NCBI GenBank assembly: GCA_030141605.1
Contig: JAQGDQ010001027.1
Location: 50,653-69,240, forward strand
Length of the DNA: 18,588 bases
Reading direction: 5' to 3'
Source of the DNA: Tubiluchus corallicola
Lineage: Eukaryota; Animalia; Priapulida
In this document: positions 1 to 10,426 of the stretch, one piece after another
Layout of the letters: each line of letters starts with the position of its first letter
Numbering within the stretch: the stretch's first letter is position 1
Position numbers and translations under genes: made by a program
Notes under the pieces: generated by a model
Told to the model about the DNA's origin: nothing
Database searches by the model: none
Seen by the model: only the letters and a program-made list of their open reading frames with translations

Positions 1-210
1 TGTCTGTAAGCAGCTATGAATGCGTGCAAAATGATTGTCTGTAACCAGCTAAGAAAGCAAGCAAAATGATTGTCTGTAAGCAGCTATGAATGCAAGCAAA
101 ATGATTGTCTGTAACCAGTTAAGAATGCACGCAAAATGATTGTCTGTAACCAACTAAGAAAGCAAGCAAAATGATTGTCTGTAAACAGCTGTGAATGCAC
201 GCAAAATGAT
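1..210. repeat. 35-bp tandem repeat (minisatellite), 6 units visible, runs off the left edge
   Basis: Units start at 1, 36, 71, 106, 141 and 176. Consensus is about TGTCTGTAAscagctawgaawgcaaGCAAAATGAT. Confidence 0.95.
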
Positions 211-524
211 TGAAAACACTTCCGCTTCCGGTTATCACAAAAGCGACAGCATTTTTAAGACTGCGCTGGATCAGAATCCAATTCTACATAAATTCGGCAC
301 ATTTCTGCAAATTAGGTTAATTACTATTAAGATTAAGATTATCTGATTAAGATTATCTACCTTAGGGTTCAAGTTATTCACCTTTCGATGTTGATTAACC
401 TAAATTAATAATAAATTAAGGTTTTATAAACTGCCATGTTGCATTGATACAAACCTAGTAAAAAAGTTTCGGCATTTTTTAATTATAATTCCTAGCGTGG
501 GAAATTTGCCGATTTGCCTGTTAA

Positions 525-953
525 AGGAAGACAGGATGATTTTTGAGTATGTCATCCCATTTTCAAGTACAGGTAAAAATTATACATTTCAACACCAATA
601 ATACAGGAAAAGCGTTTCTGATAGCTAAATAATAGATTAAAATCTTAATTAACGGTGGGCGAGCCTAACTAGTGATGACATCACAAACTAACATAATTTC
701 CCAACAGCAAGAACATTCCACGAGCGTGTTGCGCATGCGAAAGCGAAAACTGAAGTACAGTGCTACGGTGAGAGAGTCAATGTGTTGTACATAAACTAGG
801 CAAGTTTTAAGACAAAAATTCAAATTTTAAATTTATGCATGAGTTGTCGAACCTGTGCAGTACGTCACGAACGAACACCTCTGAGCTGAGAGGTACAACA
901 CCTGTTTTTTGCGTTCCAAAATACAGGCGCTACTAGGGAATGACGAAATACAA
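525..953 (+). mobile_element. Kolobok/T2-type MITE family 1, right-truncated copy
   Basis: TTAA (521-524) is followed by AGGAAGACAGGATGATTTTT. The sequence is colinear with the full copy at 8583-9199 until about 950. Confidence 0.8.
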
Positions 954-1090
954 CATGGCTGGCTATTGTATATCAAAGCTCAAATGATTAATCAATGTGT
1001 TTACAGATTAGATAGGTGCAGATGAGTGCAAATAACAATGGCTGGATTGTCAACTGTCGCAGACAAAATAAACTCTTTCTGTTTATTCAT
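949..1090 (+). repeat. 142-bp 'head' segment, inverted copy at 8217-8357
   Basis: Matches the reverse complement of 8217-8357 with 3 substitutions and 1 indel by my alignment. It abuts the MITE left end in both places. Confidence 0.9.
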
Positions 1091-1658
1091 AGGAAGACAG
1101 GATGATTTTTCATATATTACTCCATTTTCAAGTCTGATAAAAAGTACACATTTTAACACAATTAATACTGTAAAAGCGTCTCTGATAATTAAATAATAGA
1201 TTAAAAACTTAATTAACGATGGGCGACCCCAACTATTGATGACATCACAAACTAACATAATTTTCAACAGCAAAAATATTCCACGAGCGTGTTGCACGTG
1301 TTTGTAAAAGAGAAAATTGAAGTACAGTACTACCGTAAGATATTCAGTGTGTTGTACTAAAACTAGGCAAGTTTTAAGATAAAAATTCAAATTTCAAATT
1401 TACCACTGTACTCACGCATGAGTTGTTAAACATGTGTAGTTCGTCACAAACTAACACGTCTAAACTGAGAGGTACAGCACCTGTTTTCTGTGCAACCTTT
1501 TCCGAAAAGCAGGCACTAGTGCCCGTCTGACTAGCAAATTGCGAAATGCAAGTAACAGTGAAGAACTAGTGGCGTGAACGTGAAGTTGTGTTTGTGTGGT
1601 AATAATTCTTTCAATGTTTTAAAGAGTAGATTGTTTTGACACACAGTTTACTTTTGCT
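1091..1658 (+). mobile_element. Kolobok/T2-type MITE family 1, near full length
   Basis: Starts AGGAAGACAGG (preceded by TCAT, not TTAA) and ends TTTTGCT + TTAA (1659-1662). There is a small deletion near the right end relative to the other copies. Confidence 0.85.
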
Positions 1659-2462
1659 TTAATTGTTGTTAAAACGCGTTGGATTATTTTACATTCTGAG
1701 CTGAACTCATGTAGATTATATGAAAAAGAGAAAAGACGTAGTGGTCAAAATTGGACAAAAATTTCAAAGTAGGTTGATGCCAAATATTGCAAAAAGGACG
1801 AATGTTCACTTGTTTGACCAGCGGAGCGTTTGTTTCACAAAAATTAATTAATTAAATTAAATTAAAGTGCCCAGATATAAATTCAAAATTCTACAAGTTG
1901 AAAAATTAAAATGTCAAACTTACAATAGTGGAGAGAACATGGATCGCATCCACGGATTACAGGCTCCAGTTGCACATCTTCATCTTGATTAGTTGTCTGA
2001 AAGTGAAAACGATATTATCGTAATTAAGCTTAGCATTGCACCAACGCAGCTTCGTCAATTACTAATAGAGAAACAAAAAGTTCACGCACGTTGGACGCTG
2101 ATGTGGCGCATGCGCAATAATTTGTGTTCGCGCAATCCGACTTCTGCTCAACGTAAAATGAAGCCAAACTCTCTCACAAACATTGTAACTTTACAGAGAG
2201 GGTTAATGGAGGTTGTTTTATACCAGTTTAAAAACATACACCAAAAGATGAAATAGTTTACATAAACAACAAACAACAACAACATTACGTTAGACAACAT
2301 ATGCCACTGCTGTAGAAGTCTGCTACACGATTTACACACCACAAACTCTTTCACTTGTCAATAGTACTTCAATGGGCAATGAACCTGCAAAGCAAGGACG
2401 AACCGATTGTGTAAATCGTGATTTTAGTAAGTAGTAAGTAGTAAGCAAAGACAGGAGAGCTA

Positions 2463-2696
2463 AGTGACAAAGATGAACAACCAGTGAAGAAGGGGCTGAT
2501 CCAGTGACAAAGATGAACAACCAGTGAAGAAGGGGCTGATCGAGTGACAAAGATGAACAACCAGTGAAGAAGGGGCTGATCGAGTGACAAAGATGAACAA
2601 CCAGTGAAGAAGGGGCTGATCCAGTGACAAAGATGAACAGCCAGTGAAGAAGGGGCTGATCGAGTGACAAAGATGAACAACCAGTGAAGAAGGGGC
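2463..2696. repeat. 40-bp tandem repeat, ~5.8 near-identical units
   Basis: AGTGACAAAGATGAACAACCAGTGAAGAAGGGGCTGATCS starts at 2463, 2503, 2543, 2583, 2623 and 2663. Confidence 0.97.
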
Positions 2697-3183
2697 GGGC
2701 CGGAACGTTTAGTCACTGACTGACATATATGATATGAGGCTCCCAATCACTTCCGGCCTATATTATAGTATTGCGAATGCACCGCATTTTTAGAGATCTT
2801 GCCTTGAAAGCTCACTGCTAGTTAATGTAAATAATTAACATTTTCATGTAGCTAACTGACAGCTCTTTCATTTGCATTCAGTATTAGTCTTTATTGCTAA
2901 TTCTCAGGTATTGTTAAAAATCAATATTTAACTGTGATATCAGGGTACTACATTTCAATTAGGTAGTTAACTTAACCATGTTAATATACAACATACCAAA
3001 AAATGTTAATAATTGTTACAGCCACTGTCTATAAAAATAAACTTTTAACAAAAAGCTTATATGAATTAAATTTATATGTCGGTAATATTTGACGTGTATG
3101 GATTGTATTAAATGTTTTGCCAATGTACATTATGTGAATGTGAGGAAATAAAATGGATTTGAATTGATAATAAAATGTTGAGG

Positions 3184-3285
3184 TTAATGAGTGGATGCAT
3201 GGTCAACGAAAAGACATGTGCAGAAGTCACTAATATAGATAAGAAAAACTAGTAGTCCTAAAGTGGATCCTTGCAGTACGCCGTG
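3184..3285 (-). pseudogene. Degenerate non-LTR retrotransposon (CR1/L2-group-like) reverse transcriptase fragment
   Basis: The minus strand reads HGVLQGSTLGLLVFLIYISDFCTCLFVDHASTH*. This matches the LINE RT motif GVPQGSxLGPxLFxIYxND followed by a decayed LFADD-like motif. Confidence 0.75.
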
Positions 3286-4127
3286 CAAATGTTTGTGTCA
3301 CTGTCACTAAACCCTTGAGTTATTTCATGGCGCAGTTATAACAAACCCTTATACAGACATCTACACATCTATCTATATATAATTTACGCAATACAAAGCA
3401 ATGTGCAATTCAGCATGCACGGACTATGTAGGTTAACTGGCCTATATCGATGCAATCATTAAATAGTGATTATGATTCCGCGTACTTTGTGAATATTTCA
3501 TAATGTTTGTTCGATTTCTAATCACGGGCATTATGCATACTGGAGACCTTGTGTGCTAGCCATGTGTTTTTCTCACGTTAAAAGCCATTATGGTTGAGTA
3601 AAACGCGTTGGGTACATTATTCAATTTTACACACTTTAGGCTTGAACAAAATTGCATGTAGTGTCTGGGTAATAACGTCTCCTATTCAGAAGTGCCCAAT
3701 AAATTTTAGTTGCTTTTATTGATGCATATAATATAAGCAAGGATAACACAAGAAAGAGTATGAAGCCAAAGAAGCCAGCGTTGTGGTAGAGACTTGTTCA
3801 GTTGTGACGCTAATATGTTACAAGTGGAGAGGAGAGGTATGCAACTGAAGTACGAGTAATGAACCAAAATGTTCAAGTTTGGCTTCAAGAGTGGCTTTTA
3901 CGTGTAAACCATTTAGGAAGCCATGCAAAAAGCATGCGAAGCGTTTGTCAATAAAACGTAGAAGCTCTAAGTAGATTTCTGAACAAATTTTCGATATTTT
4001 GATGAAGATCGCTACAATTAAACTTGTTTACAAAGTTTTTTGCTAGACCAGTGGAAACTTGCTGCACTCTCTTTTATTTGTTGACAAATTTGTCGCTTCG
4101 GTTGTCCATTTAGAGTAATGTGACGCA

Positions 4128-4516
4128 GTGTCCAAAGTCAAGGACAACACAAGGTCAAAAACTACCTGAAGTCAAGACTCGTCTGAAGTCAAACATTGTC
4201 TGAGGTCAAAGATAGTCCCGGTCAAGGATTGTTTGAGGTCAGATATTGTCCAAAGTCAAAGATGATCTGAGATCAAAGATTGGGGTCAAAATTTACCTAA
4301 AGTCAACGAACGTCTAAGGTCAAAGGTTATATGAGGTCAAATAACTTCTAATGTCAAAGATTTTCTGAGGACCGAGACGTTTAAGGTCAAAATTGTCTAA
4401 GGTCAACGTCTGCTTGACGTCAAAGTTGTCTATGGTCAAACATTTCCTAGGTCATCTGAGGTCACACGTTGTTAAGTAAAAGACTGTCTGAGGTCAAAGG
4501 TGATCAAAGGTCAAAG
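4128..4516. repeat. Degenerate ~17-bp tandem array, consensus GTCTGAGGTCAAAGATT
   Basis: About 20 units with a conserved RGTCAA core. Eleven exact AGGTCA occur at 4152, 4203, 4236, 4317, 4334, 4384, 4400, 4449, 4459, 4491 and 4508. Confidence 0.85.
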
Positions 4517-5095
4517 CTGTTGAATTGAAATAGTCATTAATTTTACGGTTGCGTGACAATTGTCGTTGCATTATTCCACTTTATTCGTTCGTTACTTCTC
4601 TCTCCGTTCGTTCACTCTTGAAACTACTCCATTCATTTTAAACGCATTTCTCGTCTTCACAACGTTTCCTTTAAATAAAATTTGTCGCAAGTTTCTATTT
4701 GACAAGTGAAAATGTTGAAACTTTTGCTGAAGCCACTCCGCCTATGAATGTGTAATCATATACTACAATCGTGCGTTTGCATGTCTAAAACGACGATGCC
4801 ATTAAAAATACATCAACTAAGAAAGACGCTTTTAAGATTAAAAACTGTGATTGAAAAATTATTAAATTACGTAATCTTGAAAAGAACTGCGCAGTTTGCA
4901 TACACGCGTGTTAATTCAGTTCTGCTTTGTTTCCTTTCAAAGAGCGCAGTTTAAATGTATCTGATTTATTTAATGATGAAACTGAAAACGGAGCGAGTTG
5001 AACAAAATGCTAATGCAAGAAACGCAACAACGACATTCAGAGTTTAAGCGAAAATGAGAAATTGAAATAATGCATTCAAGCTGTGGCTTAGTTAA

Positions 5096-5669
5096 AGGAA
5101 AGGCTAAGCCTTCTGAGAACTTAGGCTTATTTCATGTTTGTGGAAAATGCTAGAAGGATTTAGTAATAAAAGTGTGATAAGTGCCTCGTGTAACTAGTAA
5201 ACTCACTGTGAAGTCCGATCACTTCATACGTAGGCCCTCGCATTTTGAAAGGTCATTTTTCCACCAATGACGTCATTCAGTTTTCCACCAATGACGTCAT
5301 TCATCGGTTGAAGAAAACCAGCGTACTGTCAATTTCCATCAAAAGTTCAATAAGTTATCACGCAAAATTTACATAGCTTATTTTGTAATATTTTTACATG
5401 AACGATAGGTACGTTGCAGAAGTTTGAATTAGCTTAAGCATCGCGTTTGCGGAAAAGCACGATGCGCTTACGAAAAGTCACGAAGTCCGCCAGTTTCGTC
5501 ATAATTTTGAATGGCGGCAACCACCGCGCCTGAAAATTTCTTGCAGGGGTAGCAGAAATTAACCTTATGTCTTAAACAAAGTTTATATATAATTGTTTTG
5601 TTATATTTTCCTAAGTTTAAGTGATAACAGTAAAATAAAGCCAGCGTGCTTAGTGACTTGCTCTTTCCT
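5096..5669 (+). mobile_element. Kolobok/T2-type MITE family 2, full length (574 bp)
   Basis: TTAA on both sides (5092-5095, 5670-5673). Termini are AGGAAAG...CTTTCCT with an imperfect extension. A second diverged copy lies at 11025-11558. Confidence 0.85.
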
Positions 5670-5928
5670 TTAAGTATTATTGGAGTCATTAACCCAATCT
5701 GAAATATATGTCGTTTTTTGTCATAGGTTCTTAATATAAGAATTTGGTAATATGTAAAAAAGTATGTTTTGACATCCAGTTTCAAATACTTTTATACTTT
5801 GGGTTTCTCTCACCACTTTGTGTAGTAAGAGAAGTAATAAATAGTGTGAAATACAAACACTACAGTAAGAAACCTCCTTTCCAAAGTGATTCACTCACTA
5901 TATGATTCTTCCCTAACTACACTGGTGC

Positions 5929-6092
5929 TATGACGATGAAGGTAACGACGATGATGACGAACGACGACGATAAATAAAATAAATAAAAATAGATATAAAG
6001 ATTAGGATTTTGCTGCTGCTGCTGATGATGATGATGCAGCTACTGATGATGATGATGATGATGATGACGACGACGACGACGACGACGACGAT

Positions 6093-6123
<31 letters not shown>

Positions 6124-6434
6124 ATGATGATAATGATGATGATGATGACGATTATGGTAATCACGATGATGATGCTGATGCTGATGCTGATGCTGATGAT
6201 GACGATGATGATGCTGTTGTCGATGATGATGATGATGATGCTGCTGCTATTGATGCTTTTGCTGGTGCTGCTGCTGCTAATGGTGATGATGATGATGATG
6301 ATGATGATGACGGTGATTATGGTAATCACGATAATGATGCTGATGCTGATGACGACGATGATGATGATGATGATGACGATTATGGTAATCACGATGATGA
6401 TGATGATGATGATGGTGATACTGATGCTAATGAT
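5929..6434. repeat. Compound trinucleotide microsatellite (GAT/GAC/GCT)n with a recurring GATTATGGTAATCAC motif
   Basis: Read directly. The motif occurs three times inside the tract, and an A-rich interruption lies at about 5970-6005. Confidence 0.95.
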
Positions 6435-7650
6435 TTCTAAAAAAAACAAAAAAGACAAAATCAACTACACATAATCGTTGCAATCTTCTTTCTTTGCTCA
6501 GCTTCAGCAACAAAACTTCAGCAATCACAGCAATTATCCCCCTGCCTTACATTTCTTTACGATTCTAACCATCATTTGCCTGCTTCATTTGAATTCAACG
6601 TTCTCTGTATAACCAGCAATCAGTCAGAAGAAAAGCAGTTTCATTTGACAGGAAAACGTTAAGTTCAGCCGAGATTCTACGAGACAGATTTGACGTAATG
6701 TAACGAAACCCAATAGCCTAATAACCTAGGATGAAAACTAACAACTAATTGTGCTGCTGAGGAGGAAGCTGCATCAATGAATTATAACTGCTCCAGTGAG
6801 ATCTCAAACAGATGGAAAGAGTTAAATTGAAAGAAAGTGGAAAGTACATCTCAAAAAACTTTCCATACGAAGCTATATTAGTTAACATTATAGTTATTAT
6901 AGAATATTAGTTAACGTTATACTTTCCTGTCTAAAACTCTTACGTAATTGAAAAAGAAAGTTCTTAATAATTTTAAATATTCGCGCCAAATAGAAAATGT
7001 CACTGTTTCACTATCCCAATGTGCACCACTGAGTCACCAAAAAACACATTATTGATGTTACTGACAATATAAAGTAATTTAAACTTTTGCTTAGTTAGTG
7101 AACAGCGCGCTACAAATACTCTGATTATTTTATGAAACTTTATGCAATGTTAACTAAACTTGTTTCAAACGACTTGCGTTAAAATGGCTGCAACCAACGT
7201 TAACCGCGAGATGTTATATTTACAAGTTTTGTACAACGTTACTGCTAACACAAACCCTGCATGCAATAAGAGAGCATTAAGTGATATAAAATTTCAGTGC
7301 TAACTAAACTTATTAATGTCCTTTTATAACTCGAATGAACAACCGAATAGTAATGGTGTGCCTTTCACCAGCAGTTAAACAACATTGGCGCTGGTCAGTA
7401 ATTTATGGGTGGCCTCTGAGATGCTGTTGGCAGTATTATTTCGGTTATTTACTGCACTGGGAAAGCACTCACATACACACCTAAAAACACATCTGCCAGT
7501 TCAGTGCCTCATCAGGGCCTTGATCTAGGTTCCGGTCAGACCGCAATTATCTATATTTAGTAGGCCAAGCCTAGACGTTTAACATATCTAGAAGTTGAAT
7601 TTTATTTTGATTTCACTGAAACTCATAAGCAGCTTAAATGAAGTACACAA

Positions 7651-8216
7651 AGCAAAACCGGACCCAATCTTAAACTCTAGGTCAAAACAATCTACTCTTT
7701 AAAATATTGAAAGAATTATTACCACAAAAACACAATTTCACGTTCGTGCCACTAGTTCTTCACTGTTACATACATTTCGCAATTTGCTAGTCAGACGGGC
7801 ATTAGCGCCTGCTTTTCGGAAAAGGTTGCACAGAAAAGGTGCTGTACCTCTCAATTTAGACGTGTTAGTTTGTGACGAACTACACACGTTCGACAGCTCA
7901 TGTGTGAGCACAGCAGTAAATTTGAAATTTGAATTTTTATAGTTTTAGTACAACACACTGAATATCTTACAGTAGCGCTGTACTTCAATTTTCTCTTTTA
8001 CAAACACGTGCAACACGCTAGTGGAATATTTTATCTGTTGTCAATTATGTTAGTTTGTGATGTCTTCAGTAGCTGGGGTCGCCCGTCGTTAATTAAGTTT
8101 TTAATCTATTATTTAATTATCAGAGACGCTTTTACAGTATTAATTGTGTTAAAATGTATACTTTTTTTACCAGACTTGAAAATGGAGTAATATATGAAAA
8201 ATCATCCTGTCTTCCT
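7651..8216 (-). mobile_element. Kolobok/T2-type MITE family 1, near full length, inverted
   Basis: The plus strand begins AGCAAAACCGGA and ends ATCATCCTGTCTTCCT. It shares diagnostic bases with the 1091-1658 copy and has a ~14-bp internal deletion near 7940. No TTAA on either side. Confidence 0.85.
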
Positions 8217-8357
8217 ATGAATAAACAAAAAGAGTTTATTTTGTCTGCGACAGTTGACAATCCAGCCATTGTTATTTGCACTCATCTGCCCTGTGTAATC
8301 TGTAAACACATTGATTAATCATTTGAGCTTTGATATACAATAGCCAGCCATGTTGTA
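8217..8357 (-). repeat. Inverted copy of the 142-bp head segment
   Basis: Reverse complement of 949-1090, ending CCATGTTGTA. Confidence 0.9.
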
Positions 8358-8582
8358 GCAACCATTGATTGAGAACGCACAATATATAATGCTGACAGTA
8401 GCGTTTCATCTTTTCACACTCGGTGTTACCCGTCTAAACAACGTGTTTTATAGTCCGCGCTTTTTACCAAAAATCAGCTGCACTAATAGAATTTAAAATA
8501 TATGCACAAACTGAAGATACAATGTATTTGTACTTGAGATTTGCCTTGATTGAATGCTCTCTACTCAAAGGTATAGATTTAA

Positions 8583-9199
8583 AGGAAGACAGGATGATTT
8601 TTTACATGCTACCCCATTTTGAAGTACCATAAAAGTCTACATTTTAACACAATTCATACTGCAAAAGTGTTTCTGATAATTGAATAATAGGTTAAAAACT
8701 TAATTAAAGGCGGGCGAGCCCAACTATTGATGACGTCACAAACTAACATAATTTTCAACAGCAAAAATATTCCACGAGCGTGTTGCACGTGTTTGCGAAA
8801 GTGAAAATTGAAGTAAAGTGCTACTGTAAGATATTCAGTGTGTTGTACTAAAACTAGAAAAGTTTTAAGATAAAAATTCAAATTTCAAATTTACCGCTGT
8901 GCTTACGCATGAGCTGTCGAACGTGTGTAGTTCGTCATAAACTAACACATTTGAGCTGAGAGGTACAGCACCTGTTTTCTGCGCAACCGTTTCAGAGAAG
9001 CAGGCGCTAGTTCCCGTCTGAATAACGAACGGCAAAATGCATGTAACAGCGAAGCAGTAGCGGCGCGATCGTGAAATTGTATTTGTGTGGCAATAATTCT
9101 TTCACGTAAGTCATTCTTTAAAAAATAGTTTGTTTCCATTCGATATTCGAAATAGTAGATTGTTTTGAACTACAGTTTAAGATTGAGTCCGGTTTTGCT
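8583..9199 (+). mobile_element. Kolobok/T2-type MITE family 1, full length (617 bp) with TTAA target-site duplication
   Basis: TTAA at 8579-8582 and 9200-9203. Left end AGGAAGACAGGA vs right end (reverse complement) AGCAAAACCGGA match at 9/12. TTAA plus purine-purine termini is the Kolobok signature, whereas piggyBac ends start with CC. Confidence 0.88.
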
Positions 9200-9276
9200 T
9201 TAAAGTAAAAGAAAGAATAGGGCAAAACGATCAACAATGCGCAAACATTCCTCGTAGTTCCAACAATTAGCTAAAA

Positions 9277-9757
9277 CAGGGGTGTGCAAATTGCGGCCCG
9301 CCGAGAGAATTTGTGCGGCCCGCGAAGAGATTTGTCAACCTAATGAAAGTGCGGCCCGGGCGATTAACTGAGTGTATCCAGCTGAAGTCTGTGCCACGAT
9401 CCCAAAGATAGTGCGGGTAGTTTTTTCTACTAGATCGGATGCCATTAACCCTTACAAGACGGTTGTAGCTTAATGTCACTGTACTACACAGACTGTGTGA
9501 TACACATTACTAATATGCATTGTAATGAAATTACCACTATCTGTCCTGAAGGTAGAAATATATGGTTTGTAATATAAATTTTAATAACTTCTAAAATAGT
9601 TTCTTGAGTGTAGTAGTAATGATGTACGCAGGTCGGATGCAAAAAAATTGTTATTAGGCCTTTGTGTACTTGGCTCCTTGATCAAACTGCATGTGGCCCA
9701 CAGAATTGCGGGAAAGTTTAATGTGGCCTGGATAGTCAGATAATTTGCACACCCCTG
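9277..9757. mobile_element. hAT (Charlie/Buster-type) non-autonomous element, 481 bp
   Basis: Perfect 16-bp TIR CAGGGGTGTGCAAATT / AATTTGCACACCCCTG. The 8-bp flanks AGCTAAAA / AACTAAAC match at 6/8 with a central TA. Subterminal GYGGCCC motifs are repeated. Confidence 0.9.
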
Positions 9758-10335
9758 AACTAAACCGACTGTATAATTAATGCGAACGCAACGGAAAGCG
9801 ATATCATTCAACAAGGAGGCATATCCGCTCATATATTAAAATAAATTGCGAAGAATTAACCTTGGCACACCTTGAAACGCAAACAAACACACAAACACAC
9901 ATACACACGTGCACACAATGTGTCACAATTGTTCATTGTATCATTATTTTTCTACCGTGTTACTGCCATTGTAATTACTCTCACCATGAATCAGGTGGAT
10001 CCTTCCAAATTAATTAGCACAAAATTAATGATAGAAAATCTTTGTTTACTCAAACTCTACAATCAGAGTGTAAAGAAAGGGTGGAAATGTGATACTTTAA
10101 AGAGGAAGAAACCCAGAACGAAAGAGGTTCTTAAATTACCCTTTCTTTCGTAACTAAAACATAAAAAGTTTGAATAAAAAGAGATACGTATTTATATGTA
10201 AACAACTGTACTTACTTGTGTTTAATGACTGCCAAAAAAGAGAAACTATGAATTGTAATACTAACATGTATATTTTGCAATATTTAAATACACAAAACAA
10301 CACTAGCAACGGTGCCGCAAACGAACAATGTAAAC

Positions 10336-10418
<83 letters not shown>

Positions 10419-10426
10419 GTCATCAT
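10336..10426. repeat. (ATC)n microsatellite, ~30 units
   Basis: Read directly, with one GTC interruption near the right end. Confidence 0.98.

Noticed and set aside
1-210. CRISPR-like constant/variable alternation in the 35-bp array
   Set aside because: The variable parts are only 16 bp and homologous to each other. There are no cas genes and the context is eukaryotic.
1862-1872. TTAA-AGTGCCC as the end of a third Kolobok-type family
   Set aside because: I found no matching opposite terminus or second copy in the window.
2332-2746. Repetitive ORFs over the 40-bp array, including a protein-like SDKDEQPVKKG reading
   Set aside because: The period of 40 is not a multiple of 3, so the frame shifts every unit. 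There are no unique spacers, so it is not CRISPR either.
3700-3850. Purine-rich possible exon between TTTTAG and GAG|GTATGC
   Set aside because: The protein-like readings need a frameshift or hit a stop, and I recognise no motif.
5928-6474. Poly-Ile and poly-Met ORFs
   Set aside because: Alternative frames of the GAT microsatellite.
8579-9203. piggyBac assignment for the TTAA-flanked elements
   Set aside because: The termini start AG, not CC(C/T), which fits Kolobok better.
9872-10153. 93-aa ORF with faint resemblance to a Penelope-like linker (PSKLI...LKLPFLS)
   Set aside because: The similarity is too short to support and the start lies in low-complexity CA-rich sequence. BLASTX would settle it.
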